Below are positions 1 to 12,517 of a DNA stretch of 64,000 nt, one piece after another. The position numbers were made by a program, and so were the translations under genes. Position 1 is the first letter of the stretch, and each line of letters opens with the position of its first letter. Under the pieces are notes generated by a model that did no database searches, had not been told where the DNA came from, and worked only from the letters and a program-made list of their open reading frames with translations. The DNA lies in NCBI RefSeq assembly GCF_036321535.1, contig NC_087436.1, positions 111,974,001 to 112,038,000 on the forward strand, written 5' to 3'. The DNA is from Camelus dromedarius. Taxonomy: Eukaryota.

Positions 1-654
1 CTCAGGAGCCACTTTGCTTACTTGGCTAGAAATTATTCTCATCCCAGGAACATTCCAGAACATTGTTTTCTCTGCTTTTGCCTTTTGCCTGGTGCAGCAG
101 CTGTCCTGCCATAGAAGCCACAATAAGCGATGCTTGCATGTTGCATTTTGGGCTGTTTGTTGAGCTAGAAATGGGTACCTGCCACTGTGCGTGACACATC
201 CGTCCTCAGCACAGAGCCCTTCTGTGTCTTAGCCAAGCACAAGGGATTCTCCTGTGAGCTGGCCCTGTCCTCTTCTGTACTGGAACTAAGACCCAGGAAA
301 ACACTAGGTGATGGTTGGAACTGGTTTGAACTTTCTTTGGTCCCGGCTGTGGACCGGGACCAAAGAGGACCCGGGTAACTGTGGCCTGGCCTGGGGTCAT
401 TGGGACTCTTGGATGGGGCCATGTTTTCATGCCAACATTTTCTTCATGTCCCCTTTAATTGAACCACCCAGAGAATTTCTTCCAGGCTTTTAAAAAATAA
501 ATATATTTGTGCAAAATTGAGGTTATGAAATATACATCTACATGTATATGTATAGCTTTGCATAGTGCTTACTTCATTCAGTATTGATGTATGCTCTTCC
601 TGTGATAGTAGCAATTGGAAAATAACTCTTTCCTCAATTATAAACAACACCCAT

Positions 655-1017
655 TGCCTTAGTCCACTTGGGCAGCTGGAACAAAATACCATAAGCTGAG
701 TTGCTTAAAAACAATGGAAATGTACTTTTCACTGTTCTGGAGGCTGGACGTCCACGATCAGGGTGCCAGTGTGGTCAGGTCCTGGTGAGGGTTCTTGTCC
801 AGTTTCAGAGAGCTATCTTCTCATTCTAACCCCACGTAGCAGAAGGAAGGAAGCGGCTAGGGAGCTCTGTGGGTCCTCTTGTAAAAGGGCATTAATCTGG
901 TATATGAGGGCTCCACCCTCATGCCCTAGGCACCTCCCAGAGGCCCCATCATCTAATTCCATCACACTGGGCATAAGTTTTAACATATGAATTTGAGGGC
1001 ACAAACATTCAAACCCA
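655..1017 (-). mobile_element. MaLR solo LTR, MLT1A-like
   Basis: The reverse complement starts atgggtttgaatgtttgtgccctcaaattcatatgtt, the MLT1A-type 5' end. Typical ttctggaggctgg and gagggctccaccctcatg blocks are present. Confidence 0.85.
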
Positions 1018-1759
1018 TTTATTGAAGGAAATTAGACAGGGTGGGGGATTGGAAGGCACTGAAGGGAGGCAGAGCCAAGGGGTGTGGCCATCTACACCCA
1101 GGGTACCAAGGCTTCCACACTCCTCCAGTAATGAAGTAAACAAAGTCTTGTAGTGAAGAAAAAAAAATGGATGTTTCCGTCACTACTTTAGGGAGACTAA
1201 AAACAAGTGCAGAAGCACACGGGGTATATGACAGGCTGAGGATGGAGTGGATGGGAGAAATCAGAAGGAAGAGGTAGATGAGTTACCATGGCAGGTTGGG
1301 ACGAGACCTCGGAGATCCTCAAACGGTGTACTGAGGAACTGGAACTTTATTTTCTGAGTAGGACATTTTGTTCAAGGCTTTGACCAGTGGAGAGAAGGAC
1401 CAGGTGTGGGCTTCAGGAGGTACATAGTGTTCCTGTTGCACACAGCCTGTGGCCACCTCTGCCTCTGTGGTGGTTGCCGGGTCCTGAGCCTCTCCTCATG
1501 ACAGAAAGGAAGAAGGAAAGGATCTGAGGTTGTGGCTGGAGACCTGAAGGCTTGGGACCAGCATCTGACACCCTAGAAAGAGATGTGCATCTTATCTTTC
1601 CCTGGAGACCAGGCACCGGCCTGGAGGTCTGGAATGCCGTCATCATGTGCTCCTTTGGAGATCACTTCAGCTAGTGCATAACCCCAGATTCGGCAGGTCC
1701 AAACCCTGAGATCCAGGGAGTGGAGCAAATTAGAGAGACATGGCAATGGTCGTCAGAGC

Positions 1760-1915
1760 ACATCTCTGTGGGTGAGCTAGTTGCTTGTCTCTTCAATCCT
1801 CAGTGTCTTCATCTGTAAAATGGGACAATAGACTACGAACCACACAATGTTGCAGATGGGGTTAAATGACCCAAAGCACATAAAATATTTAGGACTGGTG
1901 CTCAGCACGGCAAAC
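1760..1915 (+). mobile_element. MIR SINE fragment
   Basis: MIR core cctcagtgtcttcatctgtaaaatggg. Boundaries approximate. Confidence 0.75.
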
Positions 1916-3039
1916 AGCAACAGTAACTACAATCCCTGTCCTCTTCCCCCTCAGTGTTATTATTCCTGCGGTGGAGGTGGTAGAGTATCAGCGGCATAGA
2001 TGAAAATGAATGTCCAGTGGCCAGTAAAAGGCAGATCTGAAATCATCACTGCCATGAGCACTGGCCCAGGAACAGGGGCTTAAGAATATCTCCTTGCCTG
2101 CTGACCACCTGCCTAATGTAACATTTTTAATCACAATGAAGACACATTTTTAAAAAATAATTCAGTTTCTTACAGATGAGAGTGAGGACCATGGACATTC
2201 CGGGATTGGGTTCTGATGGAGTATTTGTTCCCACCCCGACCTCTTTGGTCTTGTACTGGATTTAACGTATTGATTTCTTTCATCCAGGTAGAGACACCTA
2301 GGATGCTCTTTGCCTGTGGCCGTGTCTCAAGTGGAATTGGGACGTGGGTGTGTTTAGAGGCTTCATGTCCTGCTCTGACTCTGAGCAGATCAGTAACTTC
2401 CCCTGTCCTCCTAGCTGGTCATCACTGGGGTGAGAACGCTTCCCGTGCAGCAGTTACCTGTAAGCCAGGCCCCGGGGCCCTGTATTTCCAGGAACCTGGC
2501 CCTCCCCATGAGCCCTTCTGGGTCTGTGATTTACACACAATAGCCCAGGTGCAAGGCTCTCCCTCACGTCCTGCCTGGATCAGAGGGGACGGAAGGGGCA
2601 GACACTGGGCCAGGGGAGGAAAGAGAAATGAGATCCAACACAGTCAGTGATGTGCCCTGTCCTTTACAGACGTTCACTCATTCACCGTGAGGCTGGGTTC
2701 TCGATACGGGTTGGGGGTAGGGGGTGGGTTTAAGCCTTGCAGAAAGGGCCTTCAGGTCTCCACGCCACGTGTTTATGGGACAGCACTGCGGGTCCCCCAG
2801 GGCTGGGCTCCTTCCTCTCTGGCCAGGCCTGCCCACTTGGCCTCTGGGTGCAGGAAAGGACATGTGCCTGATGGACAAGGAGAAGACACAGGGTCCCTTT
2901 ATGAAACTCAGGCCCAGAGAGCCACTATACAAACGTGTGTCCCTGGAGACCTCATGGTTTAGGGGCTTTGGAATCTGAATCCGTGCTGTTAACCTTGCGA
3001 ATAGATTCAGGGGGACGTGGGGAGCGGGAAGACTTCTGC

Positions 3040-3200
3040 ATCCAGCCAGGTCTGATCTGAGTCCCAGATGCGCTTTAATGTTCTCCACCTCAGTTCCCTT
3101 ATCTGGAAAACGGGACAACTGATCCTTCATCTTGAAACTTGGCGAGGACTGGATGTGAGCTGCGCAGAGTGCCGGGACCTGTTATCAGCTCGGCAGACTG
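3040..3200 (+). mobile_element. MIR SINE fragment
   Basis: Degenerate core cctcagttcccttatctggaaaacggg. Confidence 0.65.
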
Positions 3201-3284
3201 GCAGCTCATAACTATTCAAGACATTGCATTTGTTTTCTTTCTTTCTTGTCTACGTGGGGGGCTTAAGTTCTGTGAGTTTGGTGA

Positions 3285-3435
3285 CGTCATTATCTCCAGT
3301 CTACAGAGGAGGAAGTTAAAACACAGACGTTAAGTCGCTTGCCAATTTCACACACTAAGTAAGCAGCAGAGCCGGGATTCAGACCCGGAGGTTGGACCCC
3401 AGAGCCCATGTTCCTAATCGTCATGCGATGCTGCC
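3285..3435 (-). mobile_element. MIR SINE fragment
   Basis: attatctccagtctacagaggaggaagtta...gcagagccgggattcagaccc. Confidence 0.75.
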
Positions 3436-3719
3436 TTTTACAGGAAGGCTGCCAGTTCAGAGGTACTGAGATGGCCTGTAATTCATGTGTTCAAGACATA
3501 ATGAGGTCTGGCTGGAGCAGAGAGCAGGAGGGAGCAGAAGGAGGTGAGGACATAGACGTGAAGGCAGCCAGCTGATTGCTGCTGGCCTGGGAGCTGTTCT
3601 AAATACTGCCCTTTCTTCTGCGTTGATTGGGAAACTGTAGGGGGTGTTTCATCAGAGACAAGACATGACCTGTGTTTTGAGCCCCTATATTTTAACTTCC
3701 CTCTCTTCCTCTTAATAAT

Positions 3720-3955
3720 CTCTGGCATTTATTGACTGTTTACTGCATGCATTATTATGCTAAGGGCTTTATGTGCACTTAATTATTTAAATCTTATGCC
3801 AAATTTGCAAGGTTGGAATTACCAGACCCAATCTACAGATGTGGAAACTGAGGCTTAGAATTTCAGTAACTGGTCAAGGTCCTGTAGCTTGTAAGTGGTC
3901 TCATCAAGTTTGGATTAAAACAAGGTCTGTTTGGCTCTGAAGTCAGTGCTCTTTT
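3720..3955 (-). mobile_element. MIR SINE
   Basis: acagatgtggaaactgaggcttaga...gtaactggtcaaggtc. Confidence 0.8.
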
Positions 3956-4314
3956 TCTCTCTCACCTCCGAAGGGTTTCTTATCTGCTATGCCATCCTGA
4001 CCCACAGACGTAGTTCCAAACGGTCTACGTCTCATTTAAGCAGAGGCCCCCGGACCTGAGGAAGTGTCCCATTGCACGCTCATCAACACCGAGGCGGCGA
4101 GGGGATTTCTCTTACGGCAACTGCCATTCTGTCTCACCAAGCGCCCTTGTGGTACAGGCGAGGAAGGCGGGATGGGGATGTAGCACTTGTGAAAATGAAG
4201 AATCTCTGAGCTGGTTGACTTGAATTTTCGTATCGGATCTACAAGCAACGAAATGTGGGATCTTAAGTACCAGCGCTTAGCCAGCTGTAATCAAGAGTGT
4301 CTGTGAATTTGTGT

Positions 4315-4440
4315 TTTAATGTCTGTCTTCCCAGAAGGCTTCAGGAGGGTAAGATCAGTGTTTGTCTCATCTCTTGCCACACCCTCATTGCTTGGAGCAG
4401 TGTCTGACATGTAGCAGAGGCCAATTGCTATTTGAATGAA
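4315..4440 (+). mobile_element. L2 LINE 3' end
   Basis: gcagtgtctgacatgtagcag...tatttgaatgaa, the L2 3' terminus pattern. Confidence 0.6.
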
Positions 4441-4444
4441 AAAT

Positions 4445-4620
4445 AATCATAGCCAGCTATTACGGAGTGCTTTCTCCCAACGGGGCACGCTACGTACATT
4501 TTTCCTGTGTAATCTAATCATGACAGCTATTTACGGATGGATAATATTCTCCTCATCTCCATTTCACAGATTGGGAAACTGAGGCCAGCGAGTCTTGGCA
4601 ACTCATTCGAGATCACATCA
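4445..4620 (-). mobile_element. MIR SINE fragment
   Basis: ccatttcacagattgggaaactgaggc. Confidence 0.75.
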
Positions 4621-5779
4621 ATAAATACATAATGAAGGTGGCCTAAATTTCAATGACCTTGGATAGAAAATTAGAGACTTGAATTAGCTTGTGTCTGAGG
4701 GTCCTTCCAGTTCTAAAATTAGACATAAAGAACCTGATTCCCAGGCTAATACTTTTTCATCCCAGTCTCATTGTCTCCCTATAACTCAGAGGAGGGAAAT
4801 TTTAGGACTAATGCGTGGTTTTCGCAAAGCTCATTTTATATCTTTCTTTGTGCTCCCCTTTTCAGGGAAATGCAACAGGACAAATGAGTTAGCCCGGCCA
4901 TCTAGCTGTAGGGGGTTGTGAGCTGGAGAGGAGTCTCTTTACAGAACTTGGCTTAGGTGGCCCAGGGATTTGAACTTGCGCCCCTGCTGGCAGGACTTCT
5001 CACCGCTGCTCAGATGAGCCACGGTTATGCAATTTGCTTTCCCTCCCAAAGTGCACCACGGGATGCCTGGTCTTCTTGAAATCGCTCTCATTTAAGAATC
5101 TGTCTTTTTTGAAGCAAATGTGTCATCTCAAACCTTTTATGGCTTTATGGAAATCTAAATGCACTTTCTAAGCAAGGATGGCCCGGGTTTATCTGCCTGT
5201 CTTTTTCACTCGCACTGTTACCCGCACAGAAAGGTGACTGGGGGGCAAGTTAAATATCTCTTTGACTTTCCCCTCGCCACCTTGGATGATGAGAGGACAT
5301 GAAAACTTGTCCTTTGAGAAAGAGTTAAAAGATCCAGGGATGATTCGCCTGAAGAAGGGGGAGGGCCGTGGGGGCCATGGCTGTGTCCTCAAATGTTTGA
5401 AGGCCATTTAAAAAAAGAGAGACTAATATTGAGGGCCTTTAGGTGGTGAACCAGCCCGAATGCTGAATAGCCAAGGAAAACGGGTGAATGGGGTAAACTG
5501 ATTTCCCCTTCAGCCCCTGTCTTTCCTTCAGTTCAGTGGACTGGACATAACAGACAGCAATGTCCAAGAATTTCAGGCATCAATTGGCTGCTTATTCTAG
5601 ATTATATACAAAGTTCCTACCATTCCTAACTTGCTATAATGATCCAGCTAGTAGAAATTAAATGTGAAATTATTTTAACTTCTTTCACTTACTTCTTCCA
5701 ATTGTGCAATCCCCTTCCATTTTAAAAAAATGATGAAAATATGGCAGCATCTCCATTTGGGGTACAGAGCTTATTTTTC

Positions 5780-6080
5780 ACTCGTCATTCTTTTGACAAG
5801 TTTTACTGAAGACATTGCCCTATGCCAGGCCCTGGGATTAGAGAAGGATAAACTTAGATAAAATCAGTACCCTCACGCAGCCCAGAGAGCGAGAGGCAGA
5901 CAATCAACACATGAACATAAAACAAACAAAAATATCATTATTTGTGTAAGAGTTATGAAGAAAATGGACTGAGACTAAATAAGGAGAAATGTTCCCTTTT
6001 AGATCAAGCTGGTTTGACAAGGCCTCCCGAAGGAGGTGACATTGAGGTTACCTGAAGAAACAGGAGGTACAAGCTATGGA
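5780..6080 (-). mobile_element. L2 LINE 3' fragment
   Basis: cattc...tatgccaggccctggg...ggaggtgacattgag pattern of antisense L2. Confidence 0.6.
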
Positions 6081-7136
6081 GGAAAAACTGTATTTGCACA
6101 TCAATGAAAATATAGGTATTTCTTTCCAGGCCTCAATTCAGTGCATTTTCTCTTTCTCTTGTAACTTTGTTAGCTCTGTGTCAGGTATTTCAATTTTCTT
6201 AGTGCAATTCCAAAACCAGTTACTAAGTGTATCCCGTGTGTCTTGAACTGCGCCGTATGTGTTATTATTTTTGACAATTAATGTATGTTTCACCCTAGAT
6301 GGTGGGAATTGACATCTGTGAGGCCGTGGTGGCTGAGAGGGTTGAGCTATTGATCCACACAGAGATGCCTAATAAAGATCAGAGCTTAGATGTGGGCTCT
6401 GGGCTGTTTGACTCCCATGTTTGCCACCTCTCCACTGATCCCCACTTTGGGGGTGTTTCTGGGCATATCTGGGGTCTAGGTGGACTGGAGGGGCTGAGAT
6501 CCTCTCCGGGGAGGGGAACCAGTTAGCTGTCTCCATACTCCGGCCCTCTCTTTGGGTGTCAAGGACCTCAATTTCCATCATGGAGTAGAGCTAAGATTAT
6601 GACTCGGAAGGCAAATGGAACAGGAAGAAGGAAGCTACAGCTCAGGAGCCAGGCTAAATTTAGAACCAGAACGGACAGCGGAGAGGCAAGGCTGGGATTT
6701 CACGGGCTACACAGAGGAGCTATGATTTGTGGATTTGTGGCCCTGTCTTGTCTTCCCTGAGCACTGCAGAAGGAATCTTCCTAGAGCGTCTTCAAGATGG
6801 AGCTCATCACTGGGCTTGTGCCCCCCCGTTGGTTGAACACAGACCAGACTGTGGAGTTGGAGGTAAGGCAGAAGCAGAGGAGATGGAGCCCCCAGCTGAG
6901 TTTGGCGGGAAGGAAAAAGGCAGGGCAGTGAGGAGTCGCCGGCAGCCCTGACCTACTTCGCTCCTCTTCCCCTCTGGTAGCCGGAATACATCAGGGGGAG
7001 AAGAGGTGTGTGGGTCACTTTGGCATACCCATGTGTTCAGTAGAGAATAAAATTCTGTCATGCTGAATCCATCAGACAACTGGTGCTCGTGAAAGTAAAT
7101 CTGTTTTCCAGAATCAAAGACAATGGCATGACCAAC

Positions 7137-7603
7137 TGTACTGGGTTGGAGAGTATATCCCCCTCGCAAACTCCCTCCCCACCGAGATCCTGGAATCTCA
7201 GAATGTGGCCTTATTTGGAAATAGGGTCTCTGAAGGTGCACCTACTTAACATAAGGTCATACTGGATTAGGGTGGGTTCAAATCCAATGTGCAGTGTCCT
7301 TATGAAAGACACAGACACAGAGACAGACACAGAGACAGACACAGTAGAGAGAAGAACATATGAAGACGGAGGCAGAGGCTGAGGGATGCAGCCACAAGCC
7401 AAGGGATGCCAAGGACCTCCAGCCACTCCCAGAATCGAGGAGAGAAGCATGAAACAGATTCTTCCTGCTAGCCCTCAGAAGGAACCAAGTCTTCTGGCAC
7501 CTTGATTTAAGACTTCTAGACTCCAGAACTGTGAAAGCATGCATTTCTATGGTTTTAAGTCACCCACATGTGGCCATTACAGCAGTGACAAGAAATTAAT
7601 ACA
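7137..7603 (+). mobile_element. MaLR solo LTR, MLT1B/C-like
   Basis: TG...CA termini (tgtactgggttg...aattaataca). Contains gaatgtggccttatttggaaataggg and gacttctagactccagaactgtga. Flanked by a near-identical 5-bp TSD (ccaac/cccac). Confidence 0.9.
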
Positions 7604-7834
7604 CCCACTGACTTAACAATAAGGACCTCTATAGCTCCTCTTCTTTCTCTCCATCCCCATTTCAAACTCCTTGTAAGCAAAGACCCAGATTTAACTCCTA
7701 GCTGTCTCCCCAGCTCCTGGAACATCCTTGGTACTCAACAGATTTTGAAAGAATGAACAAATAATATAGATACTTCTTGGCCAAAGCAGTCTTTCCAAAA
7801 ATTCAGAAACATCAAGCAGCCCACCATGTTTTGT

Positions 7835-8300
7835 GTTCATTCTCTTGATGTTATTAAGTGCCTATCGTGTGCCAGGAACTTTGCTCGGAGTGGGGTACAG
7901 GGTGGAAAACAAATAAAAGGTCAACACTTTTGCTTTCTCATGGCTTATTATTAGGAGAGGATGGGTGAGGGGGCAGGTTAAACCAGCAAATACACAGATG
8001 TATTAACAATGCAGGTAGTTTTGGACGGTGATAAGTGCTCAAAAAAGAAAAAAGAAAAATCAAACGTGATAATGGATAGAGTGACTGGAGTTTCCTCAGT
8101 TCAGCAGTGCCACGGAAGGTCTCTCTCTGGCATTTGAGCTGAGATCTAAATCATAAGGAGGAATCAAGCCTTTGAAGATCTGGAGGACAAGCGCTACAGG
8201 CAGAGGAACAGCAAGTGCCAAGACCTGGAAGTGGAAGTCGGCCTGCAGTGTGCGGAACACAGAGGAAGAGCTGGCGAGCCAGGTCCAGGGGTCCCGGGGT
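7835..8300 (-). mobile_element. L2 LINE 3' region
   Basis: ttattaagtgcctatcgtgtgccagg...catttgagctgagatct...caggcagaggaacagcaagtgccaagacctgg. Confidence 0.8.
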
Positions 8301-9604
8301 AGGGGATGATGTCAGTAAGACAAATTTGTCTCCGTTTTCATCATCTGAATCCAGAAAATTTCTGATTCACAGGAGAGTGACTTACGTATGTTTCTATGGT
8401 GAGGAATGTTGCTTAAAATCAAACTCCCTTGGGATGTTTGTGGCTGGCCAAGGGGAGCTCCAGGGATGATGGAATCTGCCTAAGGAATGGGGTTAGGTTT
8501 TCACCAGGGCCAAAGAGAGGACAAGCCAGACCTAGTATGCATTTTCTTCTCCTGAGATCACTGGTCTGATCGGCCACCCGGGGAGGCCTGGAGCGGTGAA
8601 GCCTGGTCTTTGTTTTGTTTAAAGTGCTGTTTTCTTTGTGTTCCAGCAAAAGGCAAGGCAGGCTGGACTTTGGGGATCATGCCTCTGGCTGATGTGAGCC
8701 GTGTATCAATGGTACAAGCTTTTCAGCTGTTCTGTGTCCTGCAGTTTGGTGGCAGGGATTTGAGAAGTGGCCTCTTGTTACAAAGTTGTTTTGTTTGTCC
8801 TTGGTTTTTGCATTTTCATTAAACCATAGATGTCTTTAATTGCTTCCATGTGGCCAAAATGCTCCTTGATTGGAATTCTATGGAAAATAGAGTTTGCTTT
8901 ATTAAATAGTGTTTCTTGAGGGATTTGAGTGGTCTTTGGTTTCCTTCCTCTCCCTCCCCCCGTTTTTCTTTGAGTTTTTAATTTGTTTCAATGTCTAATC
9001 GCTTGCTTCTGTGCTGGAATTGCTCTCCAAGCGTCTACAGCCGAGTATTATAATTCCCTTTATTACTGCAGAATCATTTTTAGCCTTCAGTTAAGATGAC
9101 TGGACAAGAATCAGATTAAATGGAATTAGTATCTATTTTTCATGGTGCATTGCTCCTGAAGCCGGCAGTCCCCCTTGCTGGCAAACTTTCTTGTGGTTTT
9201 GGAAACAATGAAATTAGAAATAATCAATACTTGACCTCATTTAAGCCTCGCGGCACCCAGGGGGACACAGGTGTAAGTCATCCACACTGTACCTCCTCAG
9301 AGAGGTACTATGACTTGTCCAAGGTCACCCTTGCAGACTGTATGAGAGCTATAATGCCAGCCAGGCTCCTGCAAGTCCAAAGCCATCTCTCAGATCCCTT
9401 CTAGGGAACGACTCCCTAAAATACAAGCGAGCGGGGGAAAAAAAGCTGCTCCTGAGATGTTGGAACAAAATTACATCTAGTGAAATGTTTTGTTGCATAC
9501 TTGCTGCATACTATTGATAATTAATGCTTCTTCTCCACCTGGAATAAGAGGAATTCTATTTTTACTTAATACAGAGAATGGAAGCACACTAGGGCGGGTA
9601 CCAC

Positions 9605-10032
9605 TGTGTTAGGGTTCTCCAGGGGAACAGAACCACGAGGATGTGTGTGTGTGTGTGTATATATGTGTGTGTGTGTGTATAAAGAGATTTATTACAAAGA
9701 ATTGGCTCATGTGGTTAGGGAGGCTGACAAGCCCCAAGACCCGAGTGGTGAGTTGGTGAGCTGAAGACACAGGGCAGCTGCGAGTCAAGAGACCCGGCAA
9801 TTTAAATCCGAACCCAAGGGCAGGACAGGACTGATGGTCTGGCTCAGGCGGGTGGGGATTGCTCTTAGCCTTTCTGTTCTGCTCAGGTCTTCAACTGATT
9901 GGAGGGGACCCACCCATGGGGAGGGCAGTCTGCTGTCCTCAGTCTCCTCCAGAAACACCCTGAATAAAGTTGGCCTAAACATCTGGGCACCTGGTGTCCC
10001 AGCCAAACTGACACAGAAAATTAACCATCACA
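9605..10032 (-). mobile_element. ERVL solo LTR, MLT2-like, with internal (TG)n
   Basis: tgtgttagggttctccaggggaacagaacc...gagatttattacaaagaattggctca...tgacacagaaaattaaccatcaca, the typical MLT2 termini. Confidence 0.9.
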
Positions 10033-10044
10033 ACTGCCTGGATT

Positions 10045-10230
10045 CGAATTTTGCTTTTGTCATTTGCTAGTTAAGTGACCTTGGTCAAAAGGCTTACTTT
10101 CTTCATTTGTAAATTGGAAACAGTAACTATCTATCTCATAGGAATGTGGCAGGAATTTAGTGAGAGAGTTTTGTAAAGCGCTTAGCAGGGGGCCTGGCCC
10201 CCAGAAAATATGCAATAATTGTGAGTTATT
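10045..10230 (+). mobile_element. MIR SINE
   Basis: gtgaccttgg...tttcttcatttgtaaattgg...gtaaagcgcttagca. Confidence 0.75.
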
Positions 10231-11695
10231 TATCTTGACACTAGTATGCTTTATGGTTGATACCAATTCCGGGGACAGACAGGCAAAGCCATTGTGTGCA
10301 TATTTAGGTTGCATATTTTGAATCTAAACTCTTTTTTTTTTAGGTTTTGGCAAATGGCAATTTTCTACATAGAAATTTAACCACTAGAAGTTAGAAGATT
10401 CGTAGGTAGCTTCTGACTTCAGTATTTGCTTCCTGGGAAACCGTGAGCAAACTGTCCAGCCTCTCTGACCCTTGGCTTGCTCATATACAAAACACTTGTG
10501 CTGCTAATCTCAAGCTCTTGGTATAAGGATCATATCAGACGCAGTATGTGACGTCCCCGAGCATGCATCCATCCCCCACAGGACCCTGACTGGGGTGGAG
10601 ACGGGGCGCTGCTTAGCGTCAGGCCCTGCCCAGGGGCTGGCATCCCAAGTTAAGCGGGATGGAATTACTCCTAAAGAAGGTGGGGGAAGGGGTCAGGTGT
10701 GGCAGCAAGGGCTGGGAAGGGCAGCTCCTGCAGGTGTTGACTGGCAGAAATTCTCTGGACCATGAGTTGGAGAGAAAAGGCTTTACAGGTAGAAGAATCA
10801 TGTAGGCATTATGTGGCTTATAAGAAAGTAGTATATTGTCATTAGGTGGGGGGGGTGGTTAATGACTCTTCAAGGTGACAGTTGATTGTTTCAGAACCAA
10901 TTCTCAGGACAGGACTGGGAGCTATACAAACACGGGGGCTCACAGTGTTTAAGAAAGAAGGAGCCTCTTCGACATTCACTTTCAAGTGGACATATTTGCC
11001 TGCAGTGAGGACTATGGATAGAAAACATACAGTCAGGTGTGCAGAGAAGCTGACAAGCAGGTGGTGTAACAGACGCAGAAGAGCAGGGCCCCGGGAGCAG
11101 GGGCACGAGCTGGACTAGGGGCGCGATGGGTGCCCGGCCAGGGCAGGACGAGGAGGGCGGATATAAAGGTGAAACCTGCGATACCTTCCCCTGGGCATTG
11201 GTGAGCTTCCAAGGGACGGGGAAGCGAAGAAGATGGACATGAGTTTAAGCAGAGTGCGATTCATCAAGCCTGAGAGTCACAGCTGAGTGCGCTCTGGGTT
11301 CCAACACAGTTCTGAATGCTTCGCACATTTGATAACGCCTCATAACAAACCCACAAAGCAAGAGAAAACCGAGGCCTGGTGTAGTGAAGGAATTCGGCCA
11401 GGGCCACACAGCTATTCAGGGGTAGAGGTGGTCTTGTCATAGAAGGTCCTTGGAACCTAAATTGATCCCAGCACTTCCCTGCTTAAAACCCTTCTAGGAG
11501 GTCCCATTGATTGGAGGAGGAGATCCCGTGTCCCAATCCGGCTCATCTGCACCTCGCTCCTGGCTCCCAATACTTGGCTCCAACGCCCTCCCCACTCCTT
11601 AAATGCATAGTGATCTCTTGACCTCCACGCTGGGGCGCCATCTGTTTCCTCACCTCTGCTGACCAAGCCGTCTCTTAAAGACAAATGTACTGAGT

Positions 11696-11845
11696 GGGGA
11701 GGGTAGAGCTCAGCGGTAGAGCGTGTGCTTAGCATGCACAAGGTCCTGGGTTCAATCCCCAGTACCTCTGTGTTTTTTTTTTTTAACATACATAAACAAA
11801 TAAATAAAACCTAATTACCTCTCCTCCATCCCCCCAAAACCCTCC
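11696..11845 (+). mobile_element. tRNA-Ala(AGC)-derived SINE, camelid Vic-1 type
   Basis: Head ggggagggtagagctcagcggtagagcgtgtgcttagcatgcacaaggtcctgggttcaatccccagtacctc with A and B boxes, and tail aaataaataaaacctaattacctc. Degenerate TSD: aaagacaaatgtactgag (11677-11694) vs aaagaatgaatatacttgag (11846-11865). Confidence 0.9.
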
Positions 11846-12014
11846 AAAGAATGAATATACTTGAGAAAATGTTTATTTGATGTAAGTTGGCTGTGACGGG
11901 GAGAGTCAGGAGATTGGGGCCAACCTCATTCACCCCTCTACTGCCAGTGTCTGCCCAAGATCCTTCTGCATCTCTGGGTGGCTCCTCCTCTCTCTTCAGT
12001 TTGTTACTCTAAAC

Positions 12015-12210
12015 CAGTGGTGTTTAACCTGCAGGACATCTAGCAATGTCTAGAGACATTTTTGGTTGTCACAATGGGGGGAAGTGCTACTCACAAGTTT
12101 TGAGTAGAGGCCAGGGATGCTTTCAAACATCCTACCCTGCACAGGACAGCCTCCTCCCACAACAGAGTGATCCAGCCCCAATGTCAGTGACGCTGAGGTT
12201 GAGAAACCTG
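12015..12210 (+). mobile_element. MER20 hAT-Charlie MITE
   Basis: cagtgg...gcaatgtctagagacatttttggttgtcacaa...gtagaggccagggatgc...gaggttgagaaacctg. 8-bp TSD ctctaaac (12007-12014) / ctctaaag (12211-12218). Confidence 0.9.
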
Positions 12211-12219
12211 CTCTAAAGA

Positions 12220-12517
12220 GACCTTCCAGCAAGGCCGTGGCCCATGGTCACCCTGTCTAAAACCTCCCTTCTCCTTCCTCACCCCCGATACTTTATGTCC
12301 CCATTTCCTGCTTTATTGTTTTTCTCCTGTACACCAGTCACTCTCTAATGAATGATATATTTCACTCACTTATTCTGTTTATTTTTGTCATCCACTATTG
12401 TATATGCTCTACAAGGACAACCTGTGTCCTTTTTGTTCACTGCTTTATCCTTCATGCCAAGAATATTGTCCAGCACATAGTAAGTGCTCAATAAATATTT
12501 GGTGCATGAATGAATTC
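12220..12517 (+). mobile_element. L2 LINE 3' end
   Basis: ttttgttcactgctttatcc...gcacatagtaagtgctcaataaatatttggtgcatgaatgaat. Confidence 0.85.

Noticed and set aside
2216..3130. 144-aa and 150-aa ORFs in GC-rich sequence
   Set aside because: No recognisable domain, partial overlap with a MIR, and lengths expected by chance at this GC content.
6090..6720. Possible ancient LTR (Gypsy-like) relic
   Set aside because: Only a vague resemblance; termini and family cannot be supported without a Dfam search.
11080..11180. GC box (GGGCGG, 11155) directly followed by TATAAA (11162) in a small CpG-rich patch, as an internal promoter
   Set aside because: The GC box and TATA abut each other, the patch is too short for a CpG island, and no convincing downstream exon was found.
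11699..11770. Functional tRNA-Ala(AGC) gene
   Set aside because: It has a SINE-type 5' extension, tail and TSD, a mismatched acceptor stem and no U8. Better explained as a tRNA-derived SINE.
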